Below, in pieces: positions 1 through 9,940 of a DNA stretch of 64,000 nt (position 1 is the stretch's first letter; each line of letters opens with the position of its first letter). Origin of the DNA: Ruditapes philippinarum (taxonomy: Eukaryota); contig NW_026863691.1 of the NCBI RefSeq assembly GCF_026571515.1, forward strand, positions 434,001-498,000, written 5' to 3'. The position numbers were made by a program, and so were the translations under genes. The notes below the pieces were generated by a model, which saw only the letters and a program-made list of their open reading frames with translations, was not told where the DNA came from and made no database searches.

Positions 1-1549
1 ATTTCGCATGATGATTTTGTCAACTTGTTTTATTTCATATTAAGGGGTCAGTAATAATAGATTTACACATTAAATTAAACCCGACTAAACCTTTTAATAC
101 AAATTCTATTTCATTTGATTCATTTTACAATCAAGAGGCCTGTTGCTTTAAAAGTAGTTGGAGAAGTGTCCAATAAGTACAAACAAATCTATAATAAACA
201 GATATCAGCAATCAGCAGTGCTTCCCTTTTTTTGAACCTACATAAATCAATAATAATTTATGCATGTTGTATGGTAGAATATAAGTCAATACTTACTTGC
301 CATTACCAATTCTATAAAACACCAATGAAGACACAACAATAATATTTTTGTTTCCATCTCTCCAGACTGCTTCCAAAACTGTAGCTTTTAGTTATACCTA
401 TGGTAGAAAGAAATAAGAAAACAATGGTAAATTTACAAAATCTCAGAGGCAATAGGGTACTGACTTAAGGGCGAGTAACATTTTACAGGCACTTACAGGC
501 TTATAATAAATTAATCGAGGGTTGACCGCAAAACTGTGGTTAGTGTTGTATCTCCTTTATTTAATATAAGTTACCACTCAATTACTGTCTAGTCCTACAG
601 GGACAATGGAGTCTAGGAATATTTTAGCCCATGCAATTTAATCCTTGGCATATAAAAACTTAAGATGTTACACCATTTATGCTGTTTTAAAATAAATTCA
701 TATTTCAACATCTATAATTCATTATTGATATATATTTGAGAAATACAAAAAAATGTAATATGTGCTTGAATAGTCACATATAAAAATTATTTAGAATTTG
801 GATTTAAAGATCCTGTATGTGGTAATTCAGGTTGTATATCATCAATTAAGTTTATTTTAGCTCGGCGCCGGAAATTCCATATGTCCGAGATCTCAGCGTC
901 CATGCCTGTCCTCTCTAGAAGTCTCATCGGGGACATCTTTTTCATGCCGATCTTCCTAAGTCCTGTACTTCATTCGATGGAGGAAAGACAATACTGGAAA
1001 AGCATCAAGTTCCGTGATGGCTGCAAACAGGCGGTTGACATAAAACGGCCACCCTCCAGAGTTAGTCACGACAGGTCAACCAATCACCTCTGGTACTTGA
1101 GATGACTTGACCTTGACCTGCCGTGTGCCTTCTCCGCGACATGCACGCCTCTGGAGGGTTTTGGAGAAATTAAGTGAAATTATATATATGTATATGATTA
1201 TGCTTATAAAACAATTTTCAAACATCTAAGAATATGTAAAATATGAACTGCAAATATTTGTACACATTTTATGTAATTATTAAATATATGCATTAATTTC
1301 TTATTGAAAAATTTGACTTAAATTTTATAGAAAATAAATTTCTAATTACCTCCCTTTATTTACATGAAATGTTAAATTCAGTAATGTCTTTGAGTACCAT
1401 ATTTATGATATAAAACCATCAAAAAATGTGTTACAGGATCTTTAGGACGATTTGAGCTCCACACCAAATGGCTATGGCTTAACTTGGTCCTTGACGATTG
1501 TTTAAGATTGTAATGTTGAGACATTATTGTTGTGTTAAACATTTTACAT

Positions 1550-2760
1550 GAAAATGGTTAATTGAATTTAGAAGCATCTGCAAATGGGTGCATACGGCGG
1601 TCATCATGTAACTGTCAACAGTTCAATGTCACATGTTTGTGCCATTGAATGATTCCATAAAATGAAGCAAATGATCCCCAAATGATAAAATGCATTTGAC
1701 TGAACAAGAAAACAATGGATAAAACAAAATAAAATGAAATTTTGAAATGGGATCAGAGGTTGTGAAGCTTGTATATCACAGATACTAGCTGTCAAAAGAC
1801 AAATTTAAAAGCAGGCAACATATTCTAAGGGTGATTATACAGTATTTAAGTGAGGAATATGGAATCACCAAGCTAGTAAAAAGTCAAACAGAAAGAACTA
1901 ATAGCACCACAAATGTTAAATTCTGCGCAAGACGGTGCTAGGGGGCGTGGACGATAGTTTGCACTTTCCAGTACCATCCATGAACAGGCTCAATCAAACT
2001 GAGCCTTCAAGTTCACTTTCTATTTTGACGTTCTTTACCTTTAGGATACCTGTAGGATGATTCTGGGCTCTGATGGAAGGGCTAAGACCTTTTTTAAGCC
2101 CCTCTTATTTTAACAAACTTTCGCCACTACTTCATATTGGTCTCACTTATACTACTTTCAGTTCACACTGTTGTATAATTTTGACAGCATAATGTTATAA
2201 TAACATTTTAAACTTTATATCCGATCCAGTGTTGATCTAGTTTGATTTTAAATTCACGCACATGCCATTTTTGGCAAATTATTTCATATTTTAATTACAC
2301 GTCATGAAAACCGATACAAGCAATGAGTTGTTCTACTACGAGTCTACGAGGCATTTCTAGTTTTAAATCATGATCTCTTGTTGATGACGGGTAAATAAAA
2401 TTTTTTTTTTTAAAAATACATCTTAAACCTTTCAATTTGCAAAAATTTAAAAATGCGGGCGAATAAAAGCCGTATACAAATTTAAAAAAAGGTTTCATTA
2501 TGACATTTAAAGTATATTCATTTTGCGATTAGTATAGGGGTTCTTCATTTCTGTTTCCTTAAAGTTTAAAAATTTATTTAAAAAAATTTACAAAATTTTA
2601 TCAGTAAAAAGGGATCTAAATATTAAATCAAAAAAGATTAAAAAGTTTTATATAAATATTCAACAAGAGGGAAATTTCATTTTTTCATTATTTTGAAAAA
2701 TTTCCCAAAAAGCAATTTTGAAATGGCGTTTTCTTAACAAAGGGACGTAACTTTTGATCT
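1550..2760. repeat. Degenerate interspersed repeat, homologous to 22120-22450
   Basis: 1921-2010 is a reverse-complement homolog of ~22220-22310. 1553-1610 is a same-strand homolog of ~22328-22390. ~2737-2750 (acaaagggacgt) matches the reverse complement of ~22128-22140. Boundaries are approximate. Confidence 0.6.
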
Positions 2761-2779
2761 ACTAAGCTGGTCGGTATAC

Positions 2780-3945
2780 TTTGCAGACCGACTTTGCATA
2801 GTGTTAATACAATAGATTAAATCTCTTGTCATAAGGTGTGGATAGGAAAGATACTGATTTAATAAGATCCTATTTTGCAGACAGAATCTACATTGATTTT
2901 TTCTAAAAGGTTGCACAAGAAACAAAATATGAAACTGTAAGGGTGTTTGAAAATAATTCTATTTGAACGACCCTGGTGGAAGTAAGAAAATCTGTGTTTT
3001 GCAGATAAAATATTGATTGAATTTTGCAGACAGAATGTCGAATGAAATTTGCAGACACTGGTTACATAAAAAACAAAATATGAAATTATATCTGAATATA
3101 AGGAAAACCTGTATATCGCATACATGTAATATAGATTGAATTTTGTAGGCAAATTAATAAAGAGCCAAATTAAAAATGATGACCTGTAATATTGAAAATC
3201 TGCTGACCGAATGATGATTGAGTTTTGCAGACATATTAAAAAGAGAGGAAAATATTAACTGATAGGTGAATTGAGGAAATCTGTATTTGGCATTCAGCTT
3301 TGCAGACAAGTTAAATAAAGAACAAACTTTGAAATGATAGGTGGAAATGAGAAAATCTGTATTTTGCAGACAGAATAAAAATTGATATAGATTTTTGTCT
3401 GCAAAATACGGATTTTCATTGACCAATTATTTCATATTTTGTTCTTTATGTATCTTGTCTGTAAAATTCAATCAAACTTCTTTCTGCGAAATTCAGAGTA
3501 ACATATCGATCGTTCCGCATTGTGTTCTTTAAATTAATATTTAAGATTTTGTACAATACTACTACTGTCTGGTATCAATTAAATCAGTATCTTTCACATC
3601 TGAGCCGTGTCATGACAAAACCAACATAGTGGGTTTGCGATCAGCATGGATCCAGACCAGCCTGCGCATCCGCGCAGTCTGATCAGGATCCATGCTGTTC
3701 GCTATCAGTTTATCTACTTGTTATAGGGTTTGTCAGCGAACAGCATGGATCCTGATCAGACTGCGCGGATGCGCAGGCTGGTCTGGATCCATGCTGGTCG
3801 CAAACGCATTATGTTGGTTTTGTCATGACACGGCTCAGATGATTTAACTCCCCCAATATAATCTATATTGTATGCAAAATCTAAAACCCTTATTTGTTTA
3901 ACTTGTCTGCAAAATCCCTCTATGTTTAACTTGTCTGCAAAATAT
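2780..3945. repeat. AT-rich degenerate repeat or foldback-like element built on the TTTGCAGACA motif
   Basis: About 8 tttgcaga(c/t)a-type copies lie between 2780 and 3375, and inverted copies (tgtctgcaaaa) at ~3396, ~3904 and ~3932. A palindromic MITE is inserted at 3601-3837. Confidence 0.5.
3601..3837. mobile_element. Palindromic MITE, copy 1 (TGAGCC...GGCTCA, ~100-bp inverted arms)
   Basis: Left arm tgagccgtgtcatgacaaaacc...ccatgctgttcgct is mirrored by agcgaacagcatgg...ttttgtcatgacacggctca. Two more copies occur in the window. Confidence 0.9.
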
Positions 3946-4997
3946 ACCCACCCCTATACTAACTAACCGGTGTGTATATTTATGATTTATGCCACCATGC
4001 ATGTCCTAATAATATTTTTATTTTATTTCATTTTTTTTTTTTTTGGGGGGGGGGGGCAGTTTACAGGGGCAGATCAAGTCATGAACAGGATCTAATCACC
4101 AAGAGTCTTTGTTTTTATCTATACTAACGGCATTTACCAATAATAATCATCATAATCATCTTGGAAATAATACGGATTGAAAACAGTATTTTTAAATTAT
4201 ACAACGCCTACCAATTTTAATAATGTTGCAATCAAATGAAAGATCACGTCTTAAACTTTCTAGGGATACTTAAAAAGAATCAATTGAAAGTTGCTTCATT
4301 TTTTTTTCAAAGTTTATTCGTTTTAGTTTTTTCTGATGAATAACTCTGAAAATCGGTCAGAAAAAATTACAGTCAGAAAAACACATCCCCATTTTAAGTT
4401 TTATTTAAATGGATTAATCAATTCTCAACATTTTGGTATAAAATGGAAGTTTAGATCCTAACCTACGTGTATATATGCGGAAAAAAAGATTGATACACTA
4501 TTTAGATGTTAAGTTGTGTATTAAGTTTTATTTCAGCATGAACAAAAACAGATTTTTTGTTTTGTTTGTTTTCAAAATTATTGACGAAATTTAAGTGCTG
4601 AATAATATACGGCTTGTTTATTGAAATCAGCAAAGATAAGTTCGATAACGGATTATAGATATATACTGTAATGATTGAAAAAATACGGACAACTTGTCGA
4701 AGCATATTTTTTATGAATACATCAGCGGATGTTCCCTATTTCAAAATTTTACCACTTCAGTCTTAGGGATTCTTTTTTTTTTTCTTTACTTTAATTTTAA
4801 ATAACGAAATATCGAAATAACCATACTATATACTGCCCCGGTTGAGGAATTGCGACCCGATATTTAACACGAAGAATGAATTTAAAAAAACACATTTTCA
4901 AATTAAAGCAATGAATGTATTTAAGCAATTACAATACAACACAGTACAATTCTATTTATTGAAATAACATAAACATAATACACCATTATATACGCTT

Positions 4998-5200
4998 AAA
5001 AATAATTTTTGTCCCAGATTATATAAAATACATATGTGGAGTAATTGGAAAAAAATAGTTTTCTGTAAATTTTAATATCAGATTATATCTGGGACAAAAA
5101 AAATAATTTTTGTCCCAGATTATATAAAATACATAATTTTATGTGGAGTAATTTGAAAAAAAAAGTTTTCTGTAAATTTGAATACCAGATTATATAAAAA
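4998..5200. repeat. Local ~95-bp direct duplication with a short inverted linker
   Basis: aataatttttgtcccagattatataaaatacata...ttttctgtaaattt occurs twice. The copies are separated by atctgggacaaaaa, the reverse complement of the unit start. Confidence 0.75.
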
Positions 5201-5705
5201 TAAAATTACTCATCAACCAGTAAATCTATAATGTTATTCAAATATGTCTACATTAATATAGTCAATACTTTCCTAGCTCAAAATTCCACAAGTCACAAAT
5301 ACATTTCACTGATATCACGAATTCATTGTCTGATGTGGCAAACAGTTCGCCAAAATTTCTGATGGATACTTATGAAAAGTGAATTAAGAATAAGATTTTA
5401 ATATAAACACATATTAGTATTGTATATTGTGTGTGGTACGGCTTGTTTAGAAATTTTGTCTTTAAAAAAACTTATAAAAATCTCTGTCTTGATTGTGCAA
5501 TAAAATGGAATTATTGTTTAGCAGATATCCGTTAAAAAGTCATTTTTCCTTATTTTCATAAATAGCCAAAATGAATAAGCATAATGCAAATTTTTACCAA
5601 GTTCATTATAACCAATACGTTAAATAAAAACACAGTTTAATTAATAACATAAATTTGAGGCACCGATCATATATTACTGATACAAAAATGTCCAGCAAAT
5701 TGCAT

Positions 5706-8700
5706 TTACTTGAAGTACTGCCTAATCTTTATTGTAGTTCTTAAGACTTTTCTTTGTACCACCTTGCCCAAGCGTCTTGCTTATGCTTTGACCTTGAGCT
5801 CCGTGCCACCGAAACTCAATCGCCACCTCAACTGCTCTTTCTACTTCTAAACCGAATTATCTCCTCCTTCAAAAATGTCTAGCCTCAGGAAAATTTCAAC
5901 CTCCAAGACTTTTCCGATACATTTACATCCAGACTCTGTAGTGTGAACGGGATCTTTTTTATCGGATGAAAAGATCAAAACCGTTGCAGACTTCTGTTTT
6001 TCATCAACGGGATAGTATTCTTTGTCAGAGACCCATTGACAAAGTCTGACTTCTTGACCTTTTGAAACATGCTTCCGAAATACGTTATTTGCCCACATCT
6101 TTCCATCCGATTCAAACGTCTCCTCTCTCTTGTGCAGTTTAGCGTCATATTCCATAACCATAGCGACGCCATATGTGAACCTCATTATTCTTGAAGTTAG
6201 AATCTCCTCATTCTGTCCAAATAGAACAGCCCCGTTTTAATTTCGCAAGTTTTGGTAAACCTGTTGGCGAACGACAGGAAAAAACCCCCGGTTTTTTCAA
6301 TCCCCTTTCGCAAAACTCTGAAACCCACATAGGGTTGGGGTTCGGGAAATCCGCCCCACAAAAATAAGCGAATCAATAGTATACCTTCATGGGTTTGGGA
6401 TTTCCCCTTACCTCACCCATATAGCTCAAAATACCGGGCAAAAGTCTTTTTGGAAAAAAAGCCCCCGGGAAAATTTTATTGATGGAAGAGGGGACTCCAT
6501 TCATGAAAATTGACATTCCCTTTCCCCCCCTTGTTTGCTTTTTAAGATGTCAACAACTTTCTTGCCCTCCTTTTTCTCCCATAGTTCTTTCAGTGTTTGT
6601 GGTAGCTTGATTCTAAAACGTTCGTTTGAATTCGGTTCCGACTGATGTTTTACCTGTAGAAGAACATAGGAAAAAAATTTAGACCATCTTTTCATTATTG
6701 TTGCATTTGTCATGTCATATATGAACAAAATTATTATTTTACATGATCAATACACTCAGATATGTTCTAAACAGAAAATTTACCTCTCTTTTCCTACTCT
6801 CGAAATCCATTTTGAGGTCATACTCGTCCATTGGATTATTTTCAACAAAGTCTTGCATTACGGCCTGTCCAATAATAGTATGTAACAACATCATGAATTT
6901 CTCATCCACCTTCATTCCACCCCATGGACCTCCGCCTGACATATGAACCTGTTTCATTGTCGAATCCTTATTGATTTGTACTGTTGTTATATCAACTGTT
7001 CCACCTATCAAAATAAGAAACAAAACAAGTCTTTTTACTTACATACAAACTAACTAAAATTATGTAGTTATTAACATGTAAACACATTCTAAAAAAGCAC
7101 ATTTATATACCATTTCTAGAAAGAAGAAATCCCTTGAGATCAATGGAAATAATCATAAAAAGGTATGAATTGCGAATTTTGGTTGATAAAGTCGGTTCAT
7201 GAGATAATATCTAATTTTCCTTAGCATCTAACTATTCTACATTTTAGTATTTACTGTAATGTTTTCAAAGGCCAATACTGGAATGCAGTACAGAGTAACA
7301 CCTTTAACAGCTGTCACACGGTACTTAAAACACTATTAATTGATAAATGGTGACCTTAAAAAGTAACCTGCAGTACAATAAGTCTTACCTCCTAAGTCCA
7401 CTACCATGATTGTAGAATCTGGTGCCGCAACATATTTCAGCTTGCCACTATCTCCTTGTATCTCTAATTGATTCACTGGAAGTTGACTGCAATAGATAGC
7501 TGCACATTCTGGTTCCAGAGCTATTGACAGGTTTGTGCCAATAATACCAGCCTGAAATGCGTTAATTGCAAGCACATGATTTATCTTAAAACAATTTTGG
7601 TTTTTATATTGTCATTCTGTTGAAATATAAACAACAATTTTGATGTCACGAATGTCATTGCAATGTTATAGAAATATCAAGCAATTACATAAGATGTGGT
7701 TACCTTTTCTGCCGCCCGTCTCATCACATGTTTAGCCTGGTCATTCCAGATGGCAGGTACTGTTATGACCCATTTTGTTTCGGCTTCCGGGTAGGTGATG
7801 CCACTTTGGTTTAAATGTTCAATCACGTGATCTTTCATGTACTTTATAGATTTCGAGAAAACGTCAATAACAGGTAAATGTTTTCCGTGTGCGGCTTCTA
7901 CAGGTGTTTGGTCATTCACAGTCTAAATAAATAATGTGAAAAAATATTGTGCATTTGATCTGCAATACTCTTTATAGCAAAAGTTCAAAATCATTGTTTT
8001 CTTTGTTAGTTTCCATCAGAACGATAGGACCAAAATCGGTCGAATGTATGGTAGTCATTAATCTTCTTGAATTTTAGTTGGATAATTGGATGTGATACCA
8101 ACAATTTATCAAAGTATTACATTTCCTGCATCAGTAACTTAATTTTACAAGTTATTAATAAAGTGCACGAAAACACACAAGATAAAAACGTGTTGCTTTT
8201 TGTTTCGGGAGTGGTGCTGATCAATTGAAAAAAGTAATTAAGATAATAAAAAGAAAACAATAAAAAACAAACAAAAAAAAAACGAAAATTTTTTACACTA
8301 TTTAATTCGTTATAAATATGTGTTTAATGTCGAATGCTAATATTATAATGTACTACTAATGATATTCCGCGCAAAAACTAAAGGGTTTATTTAGAACTTT
8401 GATTCAGTATGAGTCTACTTATATGTTTCTTTAAAACAGAGAAAGGGGCCTATAGAAAAAGATTAAATATATATTGTCTAAAATAAGCATAAACAATGAT
8501 ATGTGATATAAAATATTTTTGGTTTCGAAATTGAAAAAAAAACTACAAACAAAAAGAAAAAATAACAAGCAGACTTTGTAATATAGGACTTGTACCTCTC
8601 TATGATAAAGCATCATCTTGAAATGCCGAAAGAAGAACCAGTCCTCGGGTTTTTCATTTTCATCATCAGCACCAAGCATGCTGAACTTTAGTTCGGCCTG

Positions 8701-9577
8701 GTACCCAAACTCTGCAATACTTTTGTCCGGCTTCAACAACAAGCATGTTGGTGTCTTGTATGTACAAAATCCGCCAGCAGTCCATTTGGTATTACAATGT
8801 ATTTTCAATCGATCGTCAGTGAAGTCAGAGCGCCATTGTAAAGCATATCCACTTGCATACGTGCCGAAATCAATAGCTATGACAAGACGTGGAACTGCCT
8901 GACCCTTCATGAGAAAAATATGCATTAAGCTTATATGAATACGTTTGCATTCCTAGATCTAAACATTTTATTCCTTTTAGATAATGCATACATATTTATT
9001 ATGTACTGTAATGTATATATAGTATGCCATGGATGGACGGAAGGATGCACCTACAGGATAATAATTATATGGCTTCTGGAACAAAATGTAAATGTGTTTC
9101 TGTTTGTCTGAGAAAAAGAAATGGGATCTTTTTAAATATAATTTAGTTTTCAAGAAATCAACAAATATCATTTCAAGTAATTTATGTATGTAGTGCAACA
9201 ACAGCAACAATGATCTTTTGTCATAGCATAGAAGTCTAACCACCTACGTAACAATAAAAATCGATTATAAACACATTTCTAAGGAGAACCTCTAAATCTA
9301 AGTAAAAAGTATTCTAGACTAATTGTAATTGTAACCACGGATTTATATTACATAAATCCGTGTTGTAACGAGTTACTGCTAAAATGACAAAAAGAAAATC
9401 AAACTAAAGTTAACATCTGTGTAATTATAATGTTTAGTTATATTGTCAGACAAATTATCTAATTTGGATACTTACATGAAAAGCAAAAGCCGGCCCATCA
9501 TCCACAGTATCAACAGTTTCTTCTCGGAATCGTAGATTTATCCTTTGGAGACCAGCAGCAATGCCATCGTCAGCCAT
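5706..9577 (-). CDS. HSPA12: Heat shock 70 kDa protein 12-like (HSPA12 subfamily atypical Hsp70); terminal exon frameshifted (assembly error or pseudogene)
   Basis: Minus-strand exons with GT-AG ends and compatible phases: 9577-9476 (MADDG..AFH), putative microexon 9075-9055 (KPYNYYP), 8904-8596, 7922-7704, 7551-7389, 7004-6784, and 6653 to ~5706-5722. HSPA12 motifs are present: VIAIDFGTYASGYA, KTPTCLLL, FFRHFKMML, WVITVPAIW, IALEPECAAIYC, VVDLGGGTVDIT, SGGGPWGG.KVD, R..RFTYGV, FGGTELKV. The last exon has several indels, so the exact stop is uncertain. Confidence 0.9.
9336..9362. mobile_element. 27-bp palindromic micro-element with 7-bp target-site duplication (copy 1)
   Basis: cacggatttatattacataaatccgtg is flanked on both sides by ttgtaac. 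It is the exact reverse complement of 38347-38373. Confidence 0.75.
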
Positions 9578-9940
9578 ATCAGCTAATTTCTATCAACTTA
9601 AACTGAAAAAAGTTCAGTTGTTAATGTAAAAACCTAGCTTGAAAATCATCATATGACTTGGTTTTCCCGTGATGAAATCATTATCATAAAACGTATTGTA
9701 CAATACGATAAAATATATTTATGGAAAACCCGTTTTATTTTTTGTTTGAATCAGAAACTGAAAGTACAAATGATTAGACTGGTTGGATATTGGTCACGTG
9801 TTTTCCAGTTTGTTTTTTCTTCGATTGTGAAACTACAAACTACATGATTGGGTGAAATTTATCACGTGAGTTCTGTTATTTTTGAATGATCATTCTCTGC
9901 TCCATCTGTGTTTATTTTGGATCATAAAATTATACTTAAT
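9578..9940. promoter_or_regulatory. Putative bidirectional promoter between HSPA12 (-) and Mieap-domain gene 1 (+)
   Basis: There are 363 bp between the divergent ATGs. Motifs: kB-like CGGGAAAACCA (9659-9669, -) and CGGGTTTTCCA (9722-9732, -); ISRE/IRF-E GAAACTGAAAGT (9754-9765); E-boxes GTCACGTG (9793-9800) and TCACGTGA (9862-9869); two inverted CCAAT boxes. Confidence 0.55.

Noticed and set aside
861-1175. GC-richer island after a good acceptor (ttttag), ORF 881-1105 with faint RING-finger-like spacing
   Set aside because: Most of the needed Cys/His residues are absent and no partner exons were found. It may be a decayed exon or TE fragment, and I cannot assign it without a search.
8618-8902. 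Plus-strand ORFs over HSPA12 exons (also 6743-6946) and minus-strand ORFs over LINE or Mieap exons
   Set aside because: They are antisense shadows of real coding exons.
9603-9619. Possible minus-strand acceptor upstream of the HSPA12 ATG, implying a 5' UTR exon
   Set aside because: No convincing donor was found within the intergenic gap. The sequence is also a short hairpin, so this is left unresolved.
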